Of a stretch of DNA of 64,000 nucleotides, positions 35,753 through 48,829 are shown in pieces (the stretch's first letter is position 1; each line of letters starts with the position of its first letter). The notes under the pieces are model-generated. The model saw only the letters and a list, made by a program, of their open reading frames with translations, was not told the DNA's origin and ran no database searches. The translations under genes were made by a program, and so were the position numbers. The stretch is from Octopus sinensis (Eukaryota): positions 11,098,001 to 11,162,000 of the forward strand of contig NC_043016.1 of assembly GCF_006345805.1 (NCBI RefSeq), written 5' to 3'.

Positions 35753-36148
35753 GGCGCAGGAGTGGCTGTGTGGTAAGTAGCTTGCTTACCAATCACATGG
35801 TTCTGGGTTCGGTCTCACTGCATGGCACCTGAGGCAAGTGTCTTCTACTATAGCCTTGGGCCGACCAAAGCCTTGTGAGTGGATTGGTAGACAGAAACTG
35901 AAAGAAGCCTGTCATATATATGATATGTATGTGTATGTGTATGTTTGCGTGTCTGTGTTTGTCCCCCTAGCATTGCTTGACAACCGATGCTGGTGTGTTT
36001 ATGTCCCCATCACTTAGCAGGTTGGCAAAAGAGACTGATAGAATAAGTACTGGGCTTACAAAGAATAAGTTCCGGGGTCAATTTGCTCAACTAAAGGCGA
36101 TGCTCCAGCATGGCCACAGTCAAATGACTGAAACAAGTAAAAGAGATA
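35753..36148 (+). mobile_element. Full-length SINE family A
   Basis: A/B boxes, core, TG spacer, AAACAAGTAAAAGAG tail. Confidence 0.92.
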
Positions 36149-36639
36149 AACCTTACATTAAAATGTTGTGTTGTATTCCAAACACCAGCTTAATAATGAC
36201 AAAATTATCTTAAATTCTTCCTTATTTTCAAAACTGATTACAAAACTGATTTCAAAATTGAATACAAACCCAGTGTATTTCAACAAAAATGGTAACAAAA
36301 GTGTTAAATTGGTGTATAAGACACACACTCACATTAGACAAACCCTACGTTTCAGTGGGGAAATAAAAAAAGCATATTTTGCATAAAAACCATATTTAAC
36401 ATGTTTCACCACACACTTATACACTCAGTGTTCCTTCATAACATTGTTGTATTAGACAAGGGGTTCTCAACCAGGGTTCATGCAAGATCTTTTATCAGCA
36501 GTAAATTTATTGTATTTCTATAATACATAAAACAGCCATGCGGTGCCACATAAAAGTGTCTGTGCAGCGCCATGTAAAAGATCTTTAATGCTGGGGGAGG
36601 AGGTAAATATACAGTCTTGGTCAGTTTGGTGATGAAAAA

Positions 36640-36912
36640 CCTAACCATTTTTGGTGCTGGTGCCACATAAGAAGCATTGGAGTTGGTGCCAGGTGAAAAG
36701 CACCAATACTGCTGTCATGTAAAAGCACCCATGCTGGTGCTGTGTAGAAGCACCCAGTACACTTTGTAAAGTGGTTGGCATTAGGAAGGGCACCCAGCCA
36801 TAGAAACCATGCCAAAAACAGACATGGGAGTCTGCTGCAGCTCCCCAGCTTGCCAGTTCTGGTCAAACTGACCAACCCATGCCAGCATGGAAAATGAATG
36901 TTAAATGATGAT
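36640..36912 (+). mobile_element. Family C repeat inside a degenerate hAT-like MITE (~36455-37050)
   Basis: TTGGCATTAGGAAGGGCACCCAGC..CCAACCCATGCCAGCATGG..GATGATG; flanking GGGGTTCTCAACC. Confidence 0.6.
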
Positions 36913-37619
36913 GAATATTTTAACAATATTCTTAAACAATTCCTAAGATTTTTTTTTTATATATACATCAAATGACTGTGGGGTTCCATTAGAGTAAAAC
37001 AGTTACCAAAGGGTTCTGGAGGCAAAAAAATGGGTGATGAACACTGCATTAAATACAGACAATTTCTTTTACATTTCAAAATAAAAATAAACATATTATT
37101 AGCATTATCCTGCGTTTGAGAATAAAATTCTTTCCTTGTCTTTCATTACATCTCAACACTTCGAAAGCAGACTTTGTTGATTTTCATCGTAAGTTTAATC
37201 TAATGTATGATAGAGTTTTATAAAGCTAGATTCATATATCTTAAATTTGTAGAAGAATTTGTTGTTGGGACAGTTTAGCTTAAAGGTAAAGCACTGCGAC
37301 GCATAATCACAGGGATTTGAGTTTGAGTCTCAGCTGACATACTTTCCTGCAAAATATGGATAGTTTATCCTGTTCATGCTATATTATTACCATTATTCTG
37401 CATTTGGGAATAAAATTATTTCCTTATCTTTCAATACATCTCAGCATTTTTCAAGCAAACTTTATTTGTTTACTTTCATCTTAATTTGAATTTATATACA
37501 CCAGTATATATACACCATTGTATACATGGTAACAATTATTTTGACTGCTGCTGATATCATGCCCAATTACCATGTTTAATTGGTACAGAGTTCCTACACA
37601 CTTCTTTTCGTTATGTATT

Positions 37620-38070
37620 GAGAAGGTGGATGTAGGAAGTCTGTACTGTGAACTGGACATGGGATTTTGGCATTTTTGATATCTGAGTGGATCTTCAGGA
37701 CGCTGGTCATCACTGTCTTGCTCTATGGTTGTGAGACTTGGACACTGTCCAGGACCTTTAGGTACTACCTGAAACTCCTTTGGTGCCAGGGTGCCTCACA
37801 TGATTATGGGCTACCATTGGTCAGATTTTGTTTCCAACCAATGACTTTACTCAGAAACTGAGATGTGTCCTGTTACTTTTATAATTCAGCAGCACCAGGT
37901 CAGACTGTTTGGCCTTGTAGCTCAGTTCTCCAAGTTTGACCCTGCTTATCATGTTCACTTCACTGAGGATCCAGCTGGAGTGATAGCTCATGTTGGTCTG
38001 TCACATGTGACATGGTTAAAGGCAGGTGAGGAAGTGTCTCATGGAGATGAAGACTGGCTGGAACTCTGCT
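37620..38070 (+). mobile_element. RTE LINE C-terminal fragment
   Basis: IFRTLVITVLLYGCETWTL, IMGYHWSDFVSN, RLFGLVA. Confidence 0.75.
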
Positions 38071-38081
38071 TGACAGGTTAA

Positions 38082-38303
38082 CCCTTTAGCATTTAAACCA
38101 GCCATATCCGGCCAAAAGTATTCTGCCTGTTTTATGTTCAAACTGGCCAGACCTGGTCTCTCACACCAACCCTACAATATTGTTTAAAAAAATTAACAGC
38201 TACCTCATCAAAATCTCATAGCTACAAAATAATGCATGATTAGTTCAAAACAACGTGGATGAAGAAGCAATAATTTGGGCAGAATAATGTGAACACTAAA
38301 GGG
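38082..38303. mobile_element. piggyBac-like MITE (a related decayed copy lies at ~48455-48680)
   Basis: TTAA|CCCTTTAG...CTAAAGGG|TTAG. Confidence 0.75.
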
Positions 38304-38659
38304 TTAGCCAAGATGACCTGAGCACATACCAACAAATAATGGATGCAGTGACACCTTGAAATGACACATGCCCACCATATTTGACCTGACCTGACCTGAC
38401 CTGATGCACAAAAGGTGCAATGGGATCACAGACTGGTTTGAGATGGAAAATAGATTTCAAAATTTGGTAGAAATACAAAAGAGGAGTTAGCAGCAAGTGT
38501 ATACATGGAATAAATTCTGTTAACAAGGTTAAACTTCCTAATAGACTCCCACTTCCTGAGACTTCTTGTGAAAACCGAAAAGAGAATGGGCAAATAGTTA
38601 TCTTCCATGTGAGCTTCCATGCTGACAAATCATCAGCATGGAAGACAAACATTAAATAA

Positions 38660-39117
38660 TGATGGTGGTGGTGGTGGTGGCGGCGGCGGTGGCAGTGGTG
38701 GTGGGTGTTGGTGGTTCTGGCAGTGCTGGTGCTGGTGATGGTGATGATGATGATGATGATGACAGCAATGACAACAGCAATCGTGATGACAACGAGGATG
38801 AGGGAGAGGGGATTGTATAAATGTATATAATGAGTGTATGAATGTGTTTATGTATGTATGTATATGTGTATGTGTGTATGTATGTGTGTATGTATGTATG
38901 TATGTATGCATGTGTGTTTGTATGTGTATGTATTATGTATGTATTTATGTACTTGTGTATGTATGCATGCATGTGTGTGTGTATATGTATGTGTGTGTGC
39001 GTGTGTGTGTATGTACATAAGTATGTATATGTGTGTGTATGTGAATGTATGTGTGTATGTATGTATGTGTGTATGCATGTGTGTATGTATGTGTATGTAT
39101 GCATGTTTGTATGTGTG

Positions 39118-39149
<32 letters not shown>

Positions 39150-39170
39150 AGTAAGTATGTATGTATTTGT
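38660..39170. repeat. (GGT/GAT)n then (TATG/TG)n compound microsatellite
   Basis: Read directly. Confidence 0.9.
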
Positions 39171-39189
39171 GTGTGTCCATCCATGTACA

Positions 39190-39500
39190 TATATATTCTT
39201 TTATTTGTTTCAGTCGGTTGGCTGCGGCCATGCTGGTGCACCACCTTTTAGTTGAACAAATCGACCCCACACACAAATATATCCACACTTACTTACACAC
39301 ACACACATATATATGTATGTTTGTATCAGGCTTCTTTCAGTTTCTGTTGATCAAATCCACTGACATAGTGAGTGATTCCACTCACTCTGGTCGGCCCAGA
39401 GTTAAAGCAGACAACAACTTAACCAAGGTATCACACAGTAGGACTTGAACCTGAAACAATGTGGTTCAAAAGCAAACTTCTTACCACACAGACACACTGA
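39190..39500 (-). mobile_element. Decayed SINE family A
   Basis: Reverse-complement tail and head (CTTACCACACAG). Confidence 0.7.
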
Positions 39501-39556
39501 TGTCTGTATGAAGATATGTATAGTTAATTTAAACTGTTAGAATATTGGGTCCAGGT

Positions 39557-39770
39557 AAGGCGGTGAGCTGGCAGAAATGTTAGCACGCTGGGTGAAATGC
39601 TTAGCAGTATTTCGTCTGTCTTTACGTTCTGAGTTCAAATTCTGCTGAGGTCGACTTTGTCTTTCATCCTTTCAGGGGGTCGATAAATTAAGTACCAGTT
39701 GCGTACTAGGGTCGATCTAATCAACTGGCCCTCTCCTGCAAAATTTCGGGCTTTGTGCCTAGAGTAGAAA
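39557..39770 (+). mobile_element. SINE family B with 18-bp TSD
   Basis: TSD AGAATATTGGGTCCAGGT at 39539-39556 and 39771-39788. Confidence 0.9.
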
Positions 39771-39984
39771 AGAATATTGGGTCCAGGTGAAACACCAGTA
39801 CATCACCAGTAAAATGAGGGAAACATTACAAATCAGTTTTCAAGAAAGTTCTGGAAATTTTCTGGTTTTTAAAATTTTTTTTTATTTCACCAATTCCACT
39901 GTTGGACAGTGTTGACCATCTAATCTGTTCATGGATTATTTTTCTCCAAAACAAAAGACAAATAATCCATGATTGTTAAGATAG

Positions 39985-40140
39985 TGGTTTTAATTCCTGG
40001 ACCGAGCAATTCACTGTGTTCTTGAGCAAGACACTTCATTTCACACTGCTCCACTCCACTCAGCTGGCAAAAATGAGTAATCCTGCGACAGACTGGTGTC
40101 CAGTCCAGGGAGGAATATACATGCCAGAGAAACCAAGGAA
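39985..40140 (+). mobile_element. SINE fragment with GTGTTCTTGAGCAAGACACTT core
   Basis: Core shared with families D/E, followed by GCGACAGACTGGTGTCCAGTCCAGGG. Confidence 0.55.
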
Positions 40141-40232
40141 AGTGGCCCTGTGCCACTTATGCAGTAATGTTGGCAAACCAAGACCGAGAGCAATGGTCAG
40201 TTTATATTTTGTAATTTTTTTTTATGTAAGAT

Positions 40233-40612
40233 TGGAGTGGCTGTGTGGTAATAAGCTTGCTTACCAACCACATGGTTCCGGGTTCAGTCCCACTGTGTAG
40301 CCTTGGGCTGACCAAAGCCTTGTGAGTGGATTTGGTAGACAGAAACTGAAAGAAGCCCATCGTATATATGTATATGTGTATATGTATGTGTGTGTATATG
40401 TTTGTGTGTCTGTGTTTGTCCCCCCAACATCGCTTGACAACCGATGTTGGTGTGTTTACGTCCCCGTAACTTAGTGGTTCGGCAAAAGAGATCGATAGAA
40501 TAAGTACTAGGCTTCCAAAGAATAAATCCTGGGGTCGAATTGCTCGACTAAAGGTGGTGCTCCAGCATGGCCGCAGTCAAATGACTGAAACAAGTAAAAG
40601 AGTAAAAGAGAG
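40233..40612 (+). mobile_element. SINE family A
   Basis: A/B boxes and tail; short internal deletion. Confidence 0.9.
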
Positions 40613-40979
40613 TAATCAAAAATCCTCAAAAAAATGTTCCTCTCCCTACCATCTTTATTGTCCAAGGGTATGGCAAGAACTGCTATAGTTTGGAACCATT
40701 GTCATCTAAAATACCTCACGACATTTTCTGTCTAATGCTTTTAACTTTCCTGCCAGTCTGGTGTCATCGTATTGCAGACCAGAAATGTTAAGGAATAAAT
40801 AACATATTTGGGTTAAAGATGACATTGATCAGGATGCAATATTTTCTTATACCATATTCTTATACCATTCTGCTTCTATTCTTGTAGAAAATGTAATCCA
40901 TTTATTCATATAATTTTAATTATCAGAAGTGTTCAAATTCTTGCTTTTTTCACTAATCAGCTGTGTAGCATTCTCTACA

Positions 40980-41111
40980 AGTGTATGAATGTGTGTGTGT
41001 GTGTGTGTGCATGTGTGTGTGTATGTGTGCATGCGTGCATGTGAGTATGCGTGAGAGTGTGTCTGTGTGTGTGTCTGTGTGTGTGTTTGTGTGTGTGTTT
41101 GTGTGTGTGTT

Positions 41112-41160
<49 letters not shown>

Positions 41161-41515
41161 ACGCATATGATGTGCATGTATGTGTGTGTACATGTGTGTG
41201 TGTGTGTGTGCTTGTCCACATTTTGGGGAGGCCTGTCATTTCTAAAATATAACATAGAAGATTATTTCTGGAAAAATCTTGAGAATTAATTTTCTGAAAA
41301 AAGAAAAAGTATAAATATATAAATAGATGATGGTGGTGGTGGTGGTGGTGGTGTGTGTAGTGGTGGTTGTAGTGGTGGTGGTGGTGATGGTGGTGGTGGT
41401 TATGGTGGTGATGGTGGTGGTGGTGGTGGTGGTGGTGGTGGAGGTGATGGTGGTGGTGGTGGTGGTGGTGGTGGTGCCAGCAGTGGTTGAAGCAATGTCA
41501 ACGACGATGATGATG
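40980..41515. repeat. (TG)n tract (40980-41215) and (GGT)n/(GAT)n tract (41325-41515)
   Basis: Read directly. Confidence 0.9.
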
Positions 41516-41664
41516 ATTGAATTCATGAGAAATAATGCTAGCAGAGAAGCATGGCACATAATTCAATAATTGTTCTTTAGTTCTTCCACCAAGAATTACA
41601 TTACCAATATTTCTTTTGGTTTTGATTTTTTAAGTCATTAAAACCAAATTACCAGGTATATTAT

Positions 41665-42455
41665 ATATCATCATCATCATCACCATCATCATTGTCATCA
41701 TCGTCATCATCGTCATCATCATCATCTTCATTGTCATTATCAACATCATCGTCATTATCATCATCATCATCATCGTCATCATCATCATCTTCATTGCCAT
41801 TATCAACATCATCGTCATTATCATCATCATCATTATCATTGTCATCATCACAATCTTCATCATCATCGTCATCATCATCATCTTCATTGTCATTACCAAC
41901 ATCATCGTCATTATCATCATCATCATCATTGTCATCATCACCATCTTCATCATCATCGTCATCATCATCATCTTCATTGTCATTATCAACATCATCGTCA
42001 TTATCATCATCATCATTATCATTGTCATCATCACCATCTTCATCATCATCGTCATCATCATCATCTTCATTGTCATTATCAACATCATCGTCATTATCAT
42101 CATCATCATTATCATTGTCATCATCACAATCTTCATCATCATCGTCATCATCATCATCTTCATTGTCATTACCAACATCATCGTCATTATCATCATCATC
42201 ATCATTGTCATCATCACAATCTTCATCATCATCGTCATCATCATCATCTTCATTGTCATTATCAACATCATCGTCATTATCAACATCATCATCATCATCA
42301 TCATCATCATCAACAGCATCATCAGTATCATCATCATCATCATTGTCATCATCATTACTGTCGTTGTCATCATCATCATCAACAGCATCATCATCGACGT
42401 CATCATCATCATCATCATCATCATCATTATCATCATCATCATCATCATCATTATT
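41665..42455. repeat. (CAT)n-derived minisatellite with 90-93-bp higher-order period
   Basis: CTTCATTG marker at 41789, 41882, 41972, 42065, 42158, 42248. Confidence 0.9.
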
Positions 42456-42660
42456 GTGTCATCTCTTGTCAAAGGTAGAAGAGTCCATTTTGCTGGACAT
42501 TGTTGTAGAGCTGAAAAAGAAGTAATTTCTACTCTTCTCTGGAAGCCATCTACTCGCAATACCAGAGGGCACACACTCTCCTACCCTGATGTGATCTCCA
42601 GGGATACAGGCATCCAGCAACAGGATCTCCGTAATGCGATGATGGACCGTGATAAATAGT
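42456..42660 (+). mobile_element. RTE LINE 3' end
   Basis: RRVHFAGHCCR..LLWKP..SYPDVISRDTG..LRNAMMDR. Confidence 0.7.
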
Positions 42661-43154
42661 TTACAGTACAAAAGAAATCACTTTAAAAGTGCGAGAACAA
42701 TATTTGAGATGCTTTATCTCTAGTTAGTATAGAAATGTGTTATATGAGATTAATTTTGAAGGTCTGACCAAAGACTATGTAATTAAAACAAAAAGGTAGG
42801 AGGAAACTTTTCAAATATAAATAAAGTGGAAGTTTACAAAAACAAACATTATTTTCCATCTTATTGTTAGTTTTATTTCATTTCGAAAAATAAAATTTAT
42901 TCTAGGGTTTATCATTGTCTGTATTTTGAACTACATATATCATGCTGGTGTCATGTTAAAAGCACCCACTACACTCTATGGTGTGGTAAGTATTGGGAAA
43001 GACAAGTAGCCAAAGATACCAAGCCAGAATAGACACAGGCCTTGTGTGGCTTTACTAGCTCCGGTCAAACCATCTAACCCATGCCAGCATAGAAAAGAGA
43101 TGTTAAATGATGATAAATGATGACGATGACAATGACAACGATGATGATGACAAC

Positions 43155-44610
43155 ATACATACATTTCCAGCTGATATAGGCATTGAATTTGGTCAAAAGA
43201 AATGTTCATATTTGGTTATAGAGCGAGGTAAGTCAGTCCCCCAAACCCAAAGCCTGTGCATCAACGGTCTCTCTATCTCCTCCATTCCACACAAAGAATG
43301 TTACAAGTACCTAGGCATAGACGAAAATGTATCATATGAAGGCACTGTGAATAATGATGGAGTGACCCGAGAAAATTACACCAGACTTAGGAAAATATGG
43401 CAGTCAGAACTCTCTTCTTACAACAAAACAACATCCCACAATGCATTTGCAGTCCCAGTCCTGATCCCCACATTTGGGATACTTGATTGGCCTGTAGAGG
43501 AGATCCGCTCCATAGATATCAAAACCCACAAAATCCTGACAACAACTGGGAACTTCCATAGAAACAGTGATATTGACAGGGGCTACCTTAGAGTAGAATG
43601 AAGGTGGTAGAGGCCTGAGATTAATGCAGACGGCCTTCGAATGCCATATGGGATCACTCAGGCAGCACCTGATAAACAACAGCAGCAAAAATAAATTTAT
43701 AAACGCAGTGCTGTAAAGTGAAGTGAGCAACATTGTACGAGTTGGCAACGAGCACCTCAAGAAGCACTCTTTCCCTGATGATCTCTTACGCAGCCCCAAA
43801 ACAGCTGGGCTCTCTTACCTCAGAGAAGACCTGGATGGAAAACACTCAGCACTCAAAGAAAGACTATGCATGGGTATGTCGCCTGGAAGCTTGAAGAAGA
43901 CAGTAGAATTGACACAAAGAGCAGCCTCTCTTGGACACAAAACCACTACATCACATCACACTTCGAAAGCTATGCGTTCGCGATCCAGGAACAGGAGATT
44001 GCCACAAAGTACCTGGTTCACAAGAGATACAGTGACGCTCTTGTAATCCCAAAGTGCACCCCTATGTGTAAGCTATGTCTTGTTTCTGTGGAAAACATCA
44101 CGCATGTAATTAGCAGCTGTCCTAAAATGTCATCACGGTACCACCTCCCTATGTGACACAATTTACAATGCCATCTGCAAGAAAGACTGTCCTGAAATAA
44201 ACTTAGAAAATCCCTCTGTTATAGAATACATTCATAAACACCAACTCAAGGAATACTGGAGGAGTATTTCCATCAAAACTTCTGTCAAATGTAAACATTA
44301 CAGGCCGGATATTGTTATTTGGGACAGAGGGCAAAGGTATGTACCGTGATAGAGATCGGCTGCCCTGCAGACATAAATGTTTCTTTGAAAACTGCTTTGA
44401 AACCTCCAGCTTCTATATCCAAACTATGAATTCATATTTATACCAATAATAATTGGAGCACTAGGTTTTGTTAGTAAATGCTTATAGGAGAATCTGGATA
44501 AACTGGGATTTTCAGGAAGAGAAATCAACTAGCTAATTCATACATTACAAATGCAATCTGTGAGTGGAACGGTAAAAATATGTAAGACTTTCCTCGAGTT
44601 CTAAATGTGA
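43155..44610 (+). mobile_element. 5'-truncated Dong/R4-like LINE, preceded by a family C fragment and (GAT/GAC)n
   Basis: IEFGQKKC, YKYLGIDE, FAVPVLIPTFG, AIQEQEIATKY, CKLC..ENITHVISSC, RPDIVIWD, PIIIGALG; followed by (TACA)n. Confidence 0.88.
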
Positions 44611-44714
44611 ATTTCTCTGTGTTAACTACATCCCAAAGATGGAACCTTAGACCTTTGTTGGAAACCAACTCCCTCCTCAATGAAAGGTTTATAATAATTA
44701 AAAAATAGAAGAGA

Positions 44715-44744
44715 CATACATACATACATACATACATACACACA

Positions 44745-44778
<34 letters not shown>

Positions 44779-45125
44779 CAGACATACATACATACATACA
44801 TACATACATACATACATACATACATACATACATACATACATACATACATAAATACATACATACATACATACATACATACATACATACATACATACATACA
44901 TAAATACATACATACATACATACATACATACATACATACATACATAAATACATACATACATACATACATATATACATACATACAGACAGACATACATACA
45001 TACATACATACATGCAGACATACATACATACATACATACATACATACAGACATACATACATACATACATACATACATACATACATACAGACATACATACA
45101 TACATACATGCACACACACACATAC
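44715..45125. repeat. (TACA)n microsatellite
   Basis: Read directly. Confidence 0.95.
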
Positions 45126-45559
45126 ATATTACAAAAGTCACAAGGCTTTGGAGTGTATTTGATACAAAGATACTTGCTCAAAGTGCTGTGCAGTGGAACA
45201 GAACCAAAAACCATGTGGTTGGGGTACAACCCTATTACCACAGAGTCGTGTGTAGAATATTAGTGTTGAAAATTTTAGACACTATGAAAATTTTGCATTA
45301 GATTTGGACGCCTTAAAAACATTTATTGTTAGCATTTTGCTCATTAGAAAAAATTCTTCTCATTAAAACTTTACAGACAATTGAAGGTACCAAGATGAAA
45401 AGATTAATATGTAAAGATTTGTTGCCTAATTAATCCCATATGCTTATAAACTTTAATTATTTTCTTTGAAGGTTCTTATTCTTCTTCTTTCTCTTCCTCT
45501 ATTCTAGCTTATATACACATGCATACATACATACACATATATATATATATATATATATA

Positions 45560-45880
45560 CAAATTGAGATAGGGGTTGTAAATGCAACCCTACATGGGAT
45601 AACATATATCCAATATACTGCTAGTGAAGTACCCAACAAAGTTAATACATAAATGTTAAGGATTGCGATGCAATCAATTCATTTACTGTATTAGGTGGGC
45701 AAAGGTAAAATGATTTACCACAAATTACTAATACAAGATAAGAAAATGGAGAAATACATCTAAATCAAATATCAATTACCAGATAATACTCAATCACATA
45801 CTTTATTAAACCACCACATAAGAGACTGTAGGGTTAAACATAAAAATGCAGAACAAATCAGATTTGTTCTGCATTTATAT
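45560..45880. mobile_element. Unclassified element embedded in (TA)n with a terminal palindrome
   Basis: Starts CAAATTGAGATAGGGGTT like 18291; ends AAATGCAGAACAAATC-A-GATTTGTTCTGCATTT. Confidence 0.5.
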
Positions 45881-46084
45881 ATATATATATACATCACACA
45901 CATATATATATATATACATACATATACACACACACATATATATATATATACATACAAAAATACATATGTATATAAAGAGAGAGAGAGAGGTAGACAAACA
46001 GATATATGCATATATACAAACATGCATGTACATATACATTCATAGATATACATCTGTACATATATGCACACAAACACACAGATA

Positions 46085-46470
46085 TATTCTTTCACTCTTT
46101 TACTTGTTTTGGTCACTTGGCTGTGGCCATGCTGGAGCACTGCCTTTAGTCGAGCAAATCGACCCCAGGACTTATTCTTTGTAAGCCTAGTATTTATTCT
46201 ATTGGTCTCTTTTGCCAAACTGCTAAGTTACAGGGACGTAAATACACCAGCATCGGTTGTCAAGCGATGTTAGGGGGAGAAACACACACACACACACGTA
46301 TACATATATACGACAGGCTTCGTTCAGTTTCTGTCTACCAAATCCACTCACAAGGCTTTGGTCGGCCCAAAGCTATAGCAGAAGACACTTGCCCAAGATG
46401 CCACGCAGTGGGACTGAACCCAGAACCATATGGTTCATAAGCAAGCTACTTACCACACAGCCACTCCTAT
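46085..46470 (-). mobile_element. Full-length SINE family A
   Basis: Reverse-complement match, head CTTACCACACAGCCACTCCT. Confidence 0.9.
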
Positions 46471-46654
46471 ATATATTACCTTGCCAATCTACCTGGAAAC
46501 AGGTGAGGGTTGACAATATTGTCACAACAAAATTCTGCTGACTAAAGCAAGCATGGATCAGTGGATATTAAACTAGTGATGGTTATGATGATGACTATGG
46601 TGGTGCTGGTGGTGGTCACCATGGTCATAGTGATGATGATGATGCATACATATT

Positions 46655-46966
46655 TATATGTATGTATATGTATGTATGTATGTCTGCATATATGTATGTA
46701 TGTATGTGTGTATGTATGTATGTATGTATGTATGTATGTATGTATGTATGTATGTATGTATGTATGTATGTGTGTGTGTATGTATGTGTGTGTGTATGTA
46801 TGTATGTATGTGTGTGTGTATGTATGTGTGTATGTATGTATGTATGTATGTATGTATGTATGTATGTATGTATGTATGTATGTGTGTATGTATGTATGTA
46901 TGTATGTGTGTATGTATGTATGTGTGTGTGTGTGTATGTATGTGTGTATGTATGTATGTATGTATG

Positions 46967-46997
<31 letters not shown>

Positions 46998-47694
46998 GTA
47001 TGTATGTATGTCTGTATGTATGTATGTATGTATGTGTGTATGTATGTATGTATGTATGTGTGTATGTATGTATGTAAGTATGTATGTATGTATGTATGTG
47101 TGTATGTATGTACGTATGTATGTATGTATGTATGTATGTATGTATGTATGTATGTATGTATGTATGTGTGTATGTATGTATGTAAGTATGTGTGTATGTA
47201 TGTATGTAAGTATGTATGTATGTCTGTATGTATGTATGTATGTATGTGTGTATGTATGTGTGTATGTATGTATGTAAGTATGTATGTATGTCTGTATGTA
47301 TGTATGTATGTATGTGTGTATGTATGTGTGTATGTATGTATGTAAGTATGTATGTATGTCGTATGTATGTGTATGTATGTGGTATGTATGTGTGTATGTA
47401 TGTATGTAAGTATGTATGTATGTCTGTATGTATGTATGTATGTATGTGTGTATGTATGTGTGTATGTATGTATGTAAGTATGTATGTATGTCTGTATGTA
47501 TGTATGTATGTATGTGTGTATGTATGTGTGTATGTATGTATGTAAGTATGTATGTCTGTATGTATGTATGTATGTGTGTATGTATGTGTGTATGTATGTA
47601 TGTAAGTATGTATGTATGTATGTATGTATGTATGTATGTGTGTATGTACGTATGTATGTATATATGTATGTCTGTCTCCATGTATGTATGTATG

Positions 47695-47728
<34 letters not shown>

Positions 47729-47795
47729 TGTATGTATGCATGTATGTATGTATGTATGTATGTATGCATGCATGCATGCATGTATGTATGTATTT
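46655..47795. repeat. ~1.1-kb (TATG)n with an internal 68-bp period
   Basis: GTAAG marker at 47206, 47274, 47342, 47406, 47474, 47542. Confidence 0.95.
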
Positions 47796-48829
47796 GTGCA
47801 AGTGGTTTACAGTTGAACACCCTTATACACATCCAATCAATGACAAGATAAGAGTTGGTGAGCATGTTTTTTTATAGCTGAATGAACAAAGCCTCCACTC
47901 ATGCATGACATTAGATCACTATCTCCTGCTGCTACTGCTGCTACTACTGCTCTACTGCTACTGCTCTGTTGTTGTTGTTACTGTTGCCGAGGCCTTTTGC
48001 TAAAGATAACAACATTTTCGTATTAACGTGAAGATGCTGTGAGCAACTAAATGATTCTATCTTTCTACAGCAGCAAACTTTCTATTTTTAATGAATTAAA
48101 ATATTAGGTTTATCTGTCCTGCCTTACTTGATCAGAATTAATCATTAAGTTAATGACTTTTTTTTTTCTTTTTATTCATTTCATTAATTGCAATTTTTAA
48201 TTTATTACAAATTTTTGCCCCACGACATTAAATATATTAGCACAGACTGAGCTAGTCTTTTACATTTACTCTGAATTCTTCTATTGCTATTACATTTTAC
48301 AAGTACAGTGAAATCTAGGCTTTCTTGATGAGATCATAAAAATGACCAAAACATGCTTTGAGTTGTGTCCCTTATCTACTGAAATAATTAAAATAATTTC
48401 AACTTTTTTTCTTTGCGACATAATTATTTCGAGTTAGTCTTTAAAGTACTCCCTGCATTTAGCATTTAAATCATCCATATTCAGCCCAAATATTCACCAT
48501 ATTTTATATTCTAGCTGACTAAATCAGGCCTTTCACACTTACCTGATAATGTCATTCTGAAAATTAGAAGTCACATGATCAAAATTCTGATGGTACAAGA
48601 TAATCCATGATTAATTAAAAAAAACAATATGGATAAATAAGTATTACATTTGACAGAGTAATCCGAATGTTGAAGGACTAAACCTGTCAATATTAACTTA
48701 GCTATTGTTTTTCCTGCAGATGGCATTTCTGAGTTTTTCATTCTCCAAATAATTCTGTTCTTCTACACCTACCATTGTACTTTCTTGTGCGTTTCCCATC
48801 AGTATTTCCACAAGTACAGTGAAATTTAT

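Noticed and set aside
35753-35830. tRNA genes at SINE heads (all A/B/D/E copies)
   Set aside because: A/B boxes are present but there is no complete cloverleaf, and each continues into a SINE body.
37095-37490. ~105-bp diverged direct repeat (37095-37200 vs 37383-37490)
   Set aside because: Real, but an ordinary old local duplication with no other features.
40620-40920. Possible CR1/L2 RT remnant (QYDDTRLAG on minus)
   Set aside because: Single short motif without flanking RT motifs.
41630-42574. 314-aa Met-rich and 277-aa Ser-rich ORFs
   Set aside because: They are (CAT)n translations with no splice or domain evidence.
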